Source: Macrostomum lignano | Taxonomy: Eukaryota | Assembly: GCA_002269645.1 (NCBI GenBank) | Contig: NIVC01002609.1 | Coordinates: 1 to 44,781 of the forward strand | DNA: 44,781 nt | Direction of reading: 5' to 3' | Shown: piece by piece, positions 1 through 10,239 of the stretch | Numbering within the stretch: the stretch's first letter is position 1 | How the letters are laid out: every line of letters starts with the position of its first letter | Position numbers and translations under genes: made by a program | Notes under the pieces: generated by a model | The model's input: only the letters and a program-made list of their open reading frames with translations | Databases searched by the model: none | Told to the model about the DNA's origin: nothing

Positions 1-43
1 GTCCCCGAATTCCCATCCAAGGAGATCTTAATCGCAAGAATCT

Positions 44-681
44 GGAGTTGCTGAGATCCATGGCTCACTGGGGGAGGAGTTGCTGAGATGCATAGGCTCA
101 CTGGGGGAGGAGTTGCTAGATGCCATGGCTCACTGGGGGAGGAGTTGCTGAGATGCCAAAGGCTCACTGGGGAGGAGTTGCTGAGATGCCATGGCTCACT
201 GGGGAGGAGTTGCTGAGATGCCATGGCTCACTGGGGGAGGAGTTGCTGAGATGCCAAAGGCTCACTGGGGAGGAGTTGCTGAGATGCCATGGCTCACTGG
301 GGGAGGAGTTGCTGAGATGCCAAAGGCTCACTGGGGAGGAGTTGCTGAGATGCCATGGCTCACTGGGGGAGGAGTTGCTGAGATGCCAAAGGCTCACTGG
401 GGGAGGAGTTGCTGAGATGCCATGGCTCACTGGGGAGGAGTTGCTGAGATGCCATGGCTCACTGGGGGAGGAGTTGCTGAGATGCCAAAGGCTCACTGGG
501 GAGGAGTTGCTGAGATGCCAAAGGCTCACTGGGGGAGGAGTTGCTGAGATGCCATGGCTCACTGGGGGAGGAGTTGCTGAGATGCCATGGCTCACTGGGG
601 AGGAGTTGCTGAGATGCCATGGCTCACTGGGGGAGGAGTTGCTGAGATGCCATGGCTCACTGGGGAGGAGTTGCTGAGATG
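44..681. repeat. 32-34 bp minisatellite (ggctcactggg(g)gaggagttgctgagatgcca(t/aa)), about 19 units
   Basis: Direct inspection. Units alternate between cat and caaa variants and between 4 and 5 G. Confidence 0.95.
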
Positions 682-856
682 CCCGGCTTCGCGGCCTCCT
701 TGGCCAGTAAATTCTGCCTTGCCTCTAATCGAGGACCGCCCACGCATTTAGGATGGCAGTCAGATACGAGGGGAAGAGGTTGGGTAGCAGCTCCCCGACC
801 TTCTTCCTCTCTTCCCCTTTCTCTTCTACTCTGCATTCGACTCTGCTGGTGCTGAA

Positions 857-858
<2 letters not shown>

Positions 859-904
<46 letters not shown>

Positions 905-921
905 GAGAGAGAGAGAAGAGA
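859..921. repeat. (GA)n microsatellite at the junction between PLE units
   Basis: Direct inspection. Confidence 0.95.
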
Positions 922-969
922 GGTCACGGCGTGTTTAAAAAAATCAAAAGACTTAATTAATTTAATATG

Positions 970-1007
970 GGCTACCGGTTTCGAGCCTCTGGGCTCTTCG
1001 TCAGGCC
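970..1007 (-). ncRNA. Minimal type I hammerhead ribozyme of the PLE
   Basis: Minus strand reads GGC CUGACGA A GAGCC-CAGA-GGCUC GAAA CCGGU A GCC. It has the conserved core, 5-bp stem II, palindromic ACCGGU stem III, GUA cleavage triplet and 3-bp stem I. Confidence 0.85.
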
Positions 1008-1376
1008 AAAAAATCTGTGTGTCATGCAATTCCAGTTGGTCTTTTAAGTATTATTTTTCTTAGTCTGATAGAATTGATGAGTAGTTGTACATATGAGGGA
1101 TGTACATTTAAGACCCTGTTTTGCCTAGCTCTAACTTGTCCCAGAGGCTTTCCACCATTCATTTTAAACGACAGTATATTTGTAATAAAAAAATTGTTAT
1201 TTCGAAGTACTATGCGATATGCGATACTATACGATTAGATGAAATGCCGGTATTGGGGTAGGAGCATAAAAATCAATACTGAGCGTACAATTAAGCAGTT
1301 TGAATAAAATAAAATAAATGACACGTGACTAAATATTGTACTTCAATAGGGTAAAATAGCGCATTGGTTAAAATGA

Positions 1377-3611
1377 TTAAATGTTTCCTGGCTGAGACTT
1401 GAACTTATTGGGAGCCAGGAGGCTCTGTAAGTTACGTTGCCGTGTAAAAGCGGGCAGTATGCGGGAGCCTGGTTTATTTTGTAGCTTATCAAAGTTTTTA
1501 GCAATCTCGTTGGCAAGCCAGACCGTAGATGGGTGAAAAGGAAGGACCATTGGGATGGGTCGGAGAAGATGATTGTCGACCCTAATGTTCGTACCTGGCG
1601 GTTTGTCAGTCCCTAGTTTTTTAATCCAGATTTCTTCCCTTAGTTCGATTTTGTTGTTATTAAGAACTTGTTCGATAGCAATGGAGACAAAGTTTGCAAT
1701 CGAGTGATTGGGGGTGAGAAAGTGCTCTGACCCCGAAGTTACGACTCTCCTGTTAATATTTGACCTGTGCTGGTTCATTCTATCTCTCATTGTTCTTCTA
1801 GTCATCCCTACATAGAAGATTTTCCCAGGGTGGCACTGGTTGCAGGAGATGCCATAGATGATGTTCTTGGAGCCACAGGACAGGCTCTGAGAGATTAAAA
1901 AACCAGAAGCCGGTTTCAGTCCCTGGGCGGAGAGAGCAGGCGGTGAGTGGGTGCAGCATTTGCAGCGGGATGACCCACAGGGATGGAACCCTTTGGGAAG
2001 CAGACCCAGATTGGTCGTTGGTCCTGCAGTCCAGTTCATAAGTATGAGGACATCCTTTTTGCAGTTTCTAAGAAAAATCTTCGAGTAGCCTAATTGCTTG
2101 AGTTCCGATTTTAAAGAATTGAAAGCATCGTTAAAAGACTTGTAGTCATCACAGATACGAGCGTACCGAAGGATTTGGGATTTTACTACTCCCTTGAAGG
2201 TGTGTGACGGATGGAAGGACTGTCGGTGCAACAATCTATGAGTGTCTGTTTCTTTTGAAAACAGTTGTGTTGTGAAGCGGTTTTCAGCTTTCCTGATGGT
2301 CATGTCAAGGAAACTGACCTCAGTTGATGAGGAGCTGACGGTGAGTTTGATGTTGGGGTTGATTGAATTTAGGTGTACAACAAATTCTGTCAGAGTTTCA
2401 GCCGGTGGTCCCAGTGAATGAAGATATCATCTATGTACCTAAAATAGATGTTCGGCTTATAAAGAGCAGTTCTCAGGGCAGTTTCCTCCCAGAGGCTCAT
2501 GAACAGACAGGCATAGCTGGGCGCAAATATGCGCCCCATGGCTGTACCTCTAAGTTGTAGGAAAATCATTTTGTCAAATTCAAAGTCATTCCTGTACAAA
2601 CACAATTCCAGTAGCTTTATTATTTCAGCATCCGGTCTAATGGGATCCGGGTATCGGTTAAAGAATTCCTGGATCGCTGCAATGCCCTGATCTATTGGGA
2701 TCATGGAGTACAGACTCTGGACATCACAGGTTGCCAGAGTCGAACCTTCCGTGCAGCATTTATCCGTAAGGTGTGCCTTGAAGTCATAGGAGTCCTTAAT
2801 GAAAGTGGGTTGCGCTTGGGCAATCGGTTTTAGAAAGAAGTCTATGTACTTTTCTGCCCCAATTGCTTCAGAACTACATCCGCTCACAATAGGTCTGCCT
2901 GCTGGGACCCGAAAGGGGATCAGCCAGGTGGCCGGTCCTTGTGAATTTTTTGGAGCAGGTAGAAATGCCGGGGACGGAATTTCTCTCCGGGACAAAGAAA
3001 TGCACACTGTTTCTTAGATATGAACTTTCTGTTACATAAATTGAGGAAGATCCCCCTAATAAGTTCCGCAGTCACGGGTTGCAATGGCTGGTCCAGCTGT
3101 TGATAGGCATCAGTGTCAAACAGTTGGTTGTAGGCTGCAAATTCGTAGTCCTTAGGGTGCATGATGACCACTGCGTTGCCTTTGTCCGCCTTTTTTTATA
3201 AGGACGGAGCTGTTTCGCTTGAGCCCTGAATCGCCCTGGTCTCTGGTGCCTCTAGGTTGCCTTTGATCTGTACCGTTGTCAAATTCTCTACCAGTTTTTG
3301 GTTCTCAAGCACAAACAAGTTGCACTGATCACTTCTAAGTCTGGGGGAGACCTCCTTCACTGATTTCCCGGTGAAAGGGGGCGGACTGGTATTGGCGAGA
3401 CCCTCTTTTTGAAAAAGTCTTTCCAGAAAAGTTTACGATGAAATTCCGTCACGCAGTTCCTCAGATCATCCAAATCAAGGGCTTGGGTTGGGATAAAATT
3501 GAGTCCCCTATCTAGCAGCCTCGTCTCAGACTCGGAGAGTTTGAAGGTAGGGTGTAGATTTAAAATGTTGCCTTCCAGTTTGGGAGGCCTACAGTAGTCA
3601 GCTAGTTTAAA
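1377..3611 (-). pseudogene. PLE RT plus GIY-YIG ORF2, broken by several single-base indels
   Basis: Pieces 3611-3400, 3171-2920, 3007-2390 and 2400-1377 join into one RT-thumb-Zn linker-GIY-YIG protein. Frameshifts lie at homopolymers near 3410, 3225, 3190, 2935 and 2405. Confidence 0.9.
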
Positions 3612-4348
3612 GTTCTCAGCCAGGAAGCCAGCGCCAGTATAAAGTCCGGCGCTGAGAAGGATACAATTGGTTTAAGAGGAGGAGAGGCAATAAGAGTAAC
3701 AGGTGAGAGTTTCTTACTCAGAGATTGAGTCAATTCTTCACCGCTGGCAAAGGACGGAACCAGAAGGATCTTACGTGTCAGACTGTCCGCTCTGAGTAGA
3801 TCGATAGCCTCAGAGAGCAACTCTCGCCAGTGGTCTGTGCTGAGCAGCTCGTCCGGCAGGACCAGCACCGTTGACTGAGCGCATTGCCGGTTCCGCAGGG
3901 CAGCCGACCTCAGTAGAGATGGTAAGGCTGACAGTGAGTACTCATGTACCTCTGTGATTGCCGGCAGTTTGAGGCCCTCGAAAGGCTTTGGGCAGAGTAC
4001 AAGGTTCCGGCAGTCCCTGCTGATGATGAGCGAAACAGGTTGCTCAAAGGTGCTGGGTGAGTCATTCAGATGCGGCCTGTGGCGTTCCGGACCACCAGGG
4101 GAGTCTTCAGAGTCCGGCGATGGTGGCGATCTATCAACTCCCGCTGTTGCAGGGGTTTCTTCAAAGCCTACCCCGTGGAGGACACTCGCAGCCTGAACAT
4201 CGACCCAGAGAATCGAATCTCCGTCACCCACCTGAACAAGCTCAGGAGCCGCTGGGGAGCTGTCAATGCCTTTGCTAAAAACCGAAAAACCAGCGACGGC
4301 AAATAGATGAATAATTGGCTCGGATTCTGCTAATGACTGAAGGCGGAT
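3602..4348 (-). CDS. PLE upstream ORF1, degenerate SGNH/GDSL-like alpha/beta domain; true start not resolved
   Basis: Open frame from 4348 to TAG at 3602, with no ATG. It is co-oriented with and abuts the RT ORF. Strand/helix pattern VSLIISRDCRNL / STVLVLPDELL / WRELLSEAIDLLR / RKILLVP / final amphipathic helix. Confidence 0.55.
   Translation of the reverse strand: MRLQSLAESEPIIHLFAVAGFSVFSKGIDSSPAAPELVQVGDGDSILWVDVQAASVLHGVGFEETPATAGVDRSPPSPDSEDSPGGPERHRPHLNDSPSTFEQPVSLIISRDCRNLVLCPKPFEGLKLPAITEVHEYSLSALPSLLRSAALRNRQCAQSTVLVLPDELLSTDHWRELLSEAIDLLRADSLTRKILLVPSFASGEELTQSLSKKLSPVTLIASPPLKPIVSFSAPDFILALASWLRTLN
3605..3611 (-). promoter_or_regulatory. Candidate -1 ribosomal frameshift heptamer U UUA AAC
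   Basis: ORF1 ends act tta aac TAG. The -1 frame continues ttt aaa cta gct gac into NILNL..RGLNFIPT with no ATG. Confidence 0.5.
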
Positions 4349-5053
4349 TTAACTGTCTATGACTAACCCTATATCACGTTTCTCATACATACAATTAATC
4401 ATTATTAACTATAGCTTATTTATGCGGCTCACAAACATTTGCTTAATCGCTTCATTTTAGTAAAATTTCTTGGTTTTGTTTTACAGGTACATGTACTAAT
4501 TATTAATTAATGAGTAATAATTACTAGTATGTATGTATTATTAATATGTAGTTAATTTCTTGCCAACTTTTGTTTGAATACAGCTGAATACAGTACTACT
4601 ATAAGTAGCATGATGTACCCTATGTGCCCCCTATATATTTATGCATCAATCACTTTTAAAGGAGCTGATTTCTCTAGCAAAAAGTGGCTCCGTCATTCTA
4701 TCTAATAATCTGTTAAAGTAAACCTTCTATTGAATAATTTGAATAAAAGAAGTTGAGCAATCTTGCCAAAATCCATTAGCGAAAGCGCTCAGATTGTGGA
4801 ACTCAAATTCTCTTTCTGCTTCCTGCTGTCAACTTTCCCTCCCGAATTCATTTCTTCCCATCTTTATTTCTGTTCCCCATCGGCCTCTGCCCAGCCTGTA
4901 CAGGGCTTCCGAATAGGTGAATTACTCTTTGAACCTCAGGTAGGTCTGTCCGCCCCCCATGCTCAGTCCATAGGGATGGGTATGAGCCACCCATCTTCCC
5001 CAAGTCTAGTCCCGAATTCCCATCCAAGGAGATCTTAATCGCAAGAATCTGGA

Positions 5054-5219
5054 GTTGCTGAGAAGCCATGGCTCACTGGGGAGCTGCTGAGATGCCATAG
5101 GCTCACTGGGGAGCTGCTGAGATGCCAAGGCTCACTGGGGAGCTGCTGAGATGCCAAGGCTCACTGGGGAGGAGTTGCTGAGATGCCATGGCTCACTGGG
5201 GGAGGAGTTGCTGAGATGC
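5054..5219. repeat. Short copy (about 5 units, 29-33 bp) of the PLE minisatellite
   Basis: Same unit as 44-681, with some gagctgctg variants. Confidence 0.9.
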
Positions 5220-5385
5220 CCGGCTTCGCGGCCTCCTTGGCCAGCAAATTCTGCCTTGCCTCTAATCGAGGACCGCCCACGCATTTAGGATGGCAGTCAG
5301 ATACGAGGGAAGAGGTTGGGTAGCAGCTCCCCGACCTTCTTCCTCTCTTCCCCTTTACTCTGCATTCGACTCTGCTGGATGCTGA

Positions 5386-5411
5386 AGAAGAGAGAGAGAG
5401 AGAGAGAGAGA
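5386..5411. repeat. (GA)n at the 5' boundary of the PLE
   Basis: Direct inspection. Similarity to 1-921 stops here. Confidence 0.9.
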
Positions 5412-6323
5412 AACACGAGATCCTGCATGTGACGTTGAGCTACAGCTCTTTGGGGAGAGTTTCTTTGCTTCAAGAAAGAAATAGGACATGGTTCGAGTGC
5501 AGGCGTGTCCCGGGAAGTGCCGGGAGAGGTTAAACATTGCGTACAGATCCTATGCATCCGGGAAAGTCCCGGACTTGTGAGAAATCGCCAAGTCAGGATA
5601 AAAATAGAATTAGAAAAATGAGAAAAACAGGGGGAGACTCGTGCGAGCCTGCTGTTGAATTCCAAGCTGTCAAGAATCTGTCTCCATCGGGCTGGGGGTG
5701 TCAGGGACTGCGACGCTTCGTGGACTTCTATAAATTTAGTATCTGGATCGGATAAACTAATATGTTGGGTTTGCAGTGGCGTTGATCAAGCTTAAAATCC
5801 AGACTGCTATATTGTCTCGCTGAAAGTCCTTGACCGAGAAAAGTTATAGTTAGTAGCTCAGAGTTGAGGAAGCATGCAGTTGAAAATCAATGATGAAGAC
5901 GGAGCAGAGGTTCTTCATTCAGGAAATTTGTTGGCCTACTTGAACTTAACAAACTTAGAGAGTTAATAAACGTGGGGAGGTAATAAACTGCGCTGGTTTG
6001 CCTGAAAGGTTTGAGCACTATTACAGCTCCAGTGCTCTCCATCTTTTATAGCTTTTATGACAGCATATTCTCTATCTTTCTAACAGTTTTTATGCACAGC
6101 TAGAAGTGAATTTGTCCCGGCTGCAGGACGCCTGGGTCATAAATCAGGCGGGAGGCAGATTCTGAACACGTTTTATCAATTCAATGCCCTCAGCTGACGC
6201 AAATAGCTGATCAAGCACTTTAACTTCCTGCTATGTGTTGTCTGTCGGCATCAGTTCACCCGCATGTAACACAGAAAAATTAATGCAGCTAGATAGATAA
6301 TGCATTGGTTTTCCAATGTTTTG

Positions 6324-6795
<472 letters not shown>

Positions 6796-7356
6796 TGTAC
6801 AGGTTGAAAACAAAACAAAAACCTCCATAGAACAGCGTAGACCAACTGCGTATTTCCATCATCCAAATTCAGTTAAATTAGACAGTGATGGTGTACTTGC
6901 ATCGCTCCCTGCGTGTCTATTTTTCTCTGTCTGTCTCTCTAAGAAGCCAGAACTAACAACAGCTTTAGGAGCGAGAATTGAAGGTGAAGCTTGTATTTCA
7001 CTCACACAGAAGAATAAAAAAAACTTTGCAACGGACGAGTGGACGAGATTCGTGTGAACAGTTGCTCGCGGAGAGGCGATAGCAGGTGACCCAGCAAGTG
7101 AGCACTGCTCAGTCTCAAATGTTTTCTGCCTGTCTGTAGCCATACTCGTAAATTCATTTCAAACGGAGCAGGCAATGCAGACTAAGAGACAGCACTAAGA
7201 CTGAGAATAGGGTGGGTCAGCTACTGCCACTATATCACTCTCTGTTTTAAAAGAAACGAAGGCCCCTCACCAATTTTGCCTTGACTACCGAAAAAGTATT
7301 CTTACATAGGGATTCATTATTTAGCTTCGCCTACTTGTAGCACAAAACTACCAGGC

Positions 7357-7941
7357 ATGCAGTCGCAGGACGAGTCTGAAATGGCTCAGCATCATATTCT
7401 GGTGGTGCCGTGCGATCGCCGATCAGGCAAGGTGCCATACCAGGCTCTCGTGTCTGTGCTCAGCTGGCACGCCACTCGGCTGAGCGGCGCCGTTAGCTGC
7501 TGTTCCGCCTCCAGCACAGCCGCCGGAGATAATGCCGACGAGGATGACTATGAAGATGAAGAGGCCGAAGAGGTCGACGTCAACGGATGCGGAGTACCGG
7601 CTGGCGGCATCGACTGGCACGCGGTGGCCCACGACGGCTCGGAATTGAGCCTTGCCGAGTTGCAGGAAGCCGTGCGGGACACCCTGGCGCACCAGGAGGC
7701 CGCTTCGGCGTCTTCTGAAGCAGCTGCAGCCTCGGGTGAAACGACAGCCTGTCGCCTGGTGCTGGTGTACCTGGACTGCGCTCCCGACAGCCTGGCAGAG
7801 GCCGGCTTCCTGAGGCGTCTGGCCAATCGAGGAGTTGTGGTGCACGTCTTCGGGAGTTGCCGACGGGCCCGGGACATGGGACTGGTGGGGCTGCCGCATG
7901 TGGCTCTGCACCATCAGGATGGAGAGTTGCCCGCTGCGCAG
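7357..7941 (+). CDS. Exon 1 (start tentative) of an uncharacterised protein of about 531 aa; possible vWA-like alpha/beta segment
   Basis: GC-rich ORF with an acidic tract; donor CAG|GTGCGG in phase 0. Confidence 0.6.
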
Positions 7942-8323
7942 GTGCGGAGTATGGGTCAGCTTTTTAGTTATTTAGTTAGTTAGTTAGTTAGTTACTTGTC
8001 TTGACTCGAATTGTTTCAAATTATTTGCTGCATGAGGATGGCATATTTTTTATTTGATGTTTTTTCTACAGAGATCGGAACCCACATTGAAATTGTTTGC
8101 GCTGAAAGTATTCTTGGGGTGGCAGTTTGGATAAATATTTTCTGGATTTTGTTTGATTTTTTCTTTTTTAGACGTCCAAATCAAAATAATATGAATGCAC
8201 AGAATTCCCTTTGCAATACGACACAGTAATTGCAGCAATATTAAAAAAAACATTTCGGCTCGTTGATGCATTTCCACCAAATTTCGTGTTCGAGACCTTT
8301 ATACTTGCCTAGGAACTAACTCG

Positions 8324-8814
8324 CCGTTCCATGAGAATCCTCCGTGTCGTGAGAATCTCTCCGTTTCATGAGAATCTCTCCGTTTCGTGAGAATCTCTCA
8401 GTTTCATGAGAATCTCACCGTTTCATGAGAATCCTCCGTTTCGTGAGAATCTCTTTGTTTCGTGAGAATCTCACCGTTTCATGAGAATCTCTCCGTTTCG
8501 TGAGAATCTCTCAGTTTCATGAGAATCTCACCGTTTCATGAGAATCCCTCCGTTTCGTGAGAATCTCTTTGTTTCGTGAGAATCTCACCGTTTCATGAGA
8601 ATCTCTCCGTTTCGTGAGAATCTCTCAGTTTCATGAGAATCTCACCGTTTCATGAGAATCTCTCCGTTTCATGAGAATCTCATAGTTTCATGAGAATCTC
8701 ACAGTTTCATGAGAATCTCTCCGTTTCATGAGAATCTCTCTGTTTCATGAGAATCTCTCCGTTTCATGAGAATCTCTCCATTTCATGAGAACCACTCTGT
8801 TTCTTAAGAATCTC
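8324..8814. repeat. About 20 bp intronic minisatellite (ccgtttc(a/g)tgagaatctct)
   Basis: Direct inspection; roughly 24 units. Confidence 0.95.
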
Positions 8815-8841
8815 TTCATAAGCTGCCACCGACATCCGCAG

Positions 8842-9015
8842 GTGTGGGCCCTTGCTCGTCGTCGACCGCCGGCCAGTCTTCGTCCGGCCCTGGCCATTGC
8901 CCGTTTCCGGCAATTCTGCTGCACCGACTATCGGCTGGCGGTCAGCGAGGACTTCGACAAGCTGCTGCGGGCGGTGGCCACCTCCGAGCTGGATCAGGAG
9001 CTGGCCGCTTGGCAG
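8842..9015 (+). CDS. Exon 2 of the uncharacterised gene
   Basis: Acceptor ccgcag|GTG and donor CAG|gttagt; 174 nt, phase 0/0. Confidence 0.55.
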
Positions 9016-9118
9016 GTTAGTTTGCATCACATTGCGAAATCACTGCAACGTTGCCTGCCAATATAGTGTCTTGCTCCTGTGGTTTAGTTTGAACAGATCT
9101 AGATGAATATTTAAACAG

Positions 9119-9534
9119 GTGCTCGACTATTTGGATGAGCGCCAGCCGCAGCTTCGCGTTTTGGCCGACGGTTGGCACAAAGTTGTAGATGGTGTCGACG
9201 CCGAGGGCGAACTGATGACGGAAGGAGCCGCGCTAAAGGATCGGGCACTGCGCCTAGCCAAAGGCTGCATCAACGAGGAGGCGTTTCGATCGCCGGAACG
9301 GCTAGCGGAGGTGGCGGCTGCCCAGGCGAGACTAGCGCAGATTCTGTCGTCGGGCCAACTGGTGTCGGTGCCGTTGCTGGCAACCAGTAGCGACAATGGC
9401 GGCGGCGCAGTGAGCAACGACAGCTGCGCTGGACGGTTCGCCGGCGTGTTGCTCGTGCCGGGACTGAGTCTGGGCGAATTCGGCTACTCGGCCAGGCCCG
9501 GACTTGAACGAGTCATGGTTCGACGGAAGGCCAG
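9119..9534 (+). CDS. Exon 3 of the uncharacterised gene
   Basis: Acceptor aaacag|GTG and donor AG|gtcggt; phase 0/2. Confidence 0.6.
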
Positions 9535-10239
9535 GTCGGTTGTTTTCTTTGCTTTCTTTGTATTCAATAGTTGGTGTCTTTTTGCTGTCGTGGAGTAGTG
9601 GCTGAAGAGCTAGATATGCTTGACAGAGTTACCCCAGCAAATATCAGTGTAAGAATCTTTAAGTGCTTAAAAGAGCGTTGAACCATCATGCCCCCAGAAG
9701 TCACGTACAGCATAACAGTACAATCCAGTTCACTTCAACTTCTATTGAACTTCAAGTTAGAGGGCACACAGTATAGGTACTTAGACTGTACACAGCAGGT
9801 ATGTAGTTCGAAGAGCGACAAAACAACCCAGTCATGTAGGGTGGCTATCCTCGGCCTTCCTCGCTCCCTTCCAAGCCTCTAAAACCAGTCTGTCTTTGGA
9901 TCGGTCCCGTTTTATTAGTTTTTTACTGAATCTTATTCGACTCTCGCTCCACACGACCTCTCGTGTGGTTCGATTCCGTGGCGTCTCCACATTCAATTGG
10001 GACTTGTGCACGAAAATTGGTCAGAGGGTTGGTTGTCGTGCGATTTACAGCCATGAGGGCCAACCTCTAGGGCCAGAGAGTGTACATGCCTGACGTTTAG
10101 AATGTCAGGGCCACTGTACACCTTGTGTGAGCGTGTGTGTGAGTCGAGTATGTGCTCAGTAGTCAGCGGAATGAGCAGAATTGCATGTGTTGCCTGGGAC
10201 GATATCTCGATCGCCAAAGACGTTGCTTATTCTGAACAG

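Larger units (their letters stand above)
1..921 (-). mobile_element. 5' region (pLTR-like direct repeat) of the adjacent tandem PLE copy, running off the window edge
   Basis: Near-identical to 5009-5411: gtccc(c)gaattcccatccaaggagatcttaatcgcaagaatctggag, the minisatellite, the unique block cggcttcgcggcc...ctctgctgg, then (GA)n. Confidence 0.75.
922..5411 (-). mobile_element. Penelope-like retroelement (C-terminal GIY-YIG, Neptune-like), one full unit of a head-to-tail arrangement
   Basis: PLE-type N-terminal motif NILNL..LSESETRLLDRGLNFIPT, KADKGNAVVIM, PKIHK..GRPIVS, GTAMG, YIDD, Cys linker CGSSRCKCC and GIY-YIG NIIYGISCNQC..FYVGMT. There is a hammerhead at 970-1007, and the 5' region 5009-5411 is repeated directly at 1-921. 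Confidence 0.88.

Noticed and set aside
44-681. Regular ~33-bp repeats resembling a CRISPR array
   Set aside because: No unique spacers and a eukaryotic context; this is a minisatellite.
4020-4040. CTGATGA...GAAA on the plus strand as a second hammerhead
   Set aside because: Only 5 nt lie between the core motifs, so no stem II can form; it is also antisense within ORF1.
5355-5537. Minus-strand ORF with HACTRTMSYFFLE, faintly lipase-like
   Set aside because: It lacks the catalytic His spacing and has no supporting exons; too weak to call.
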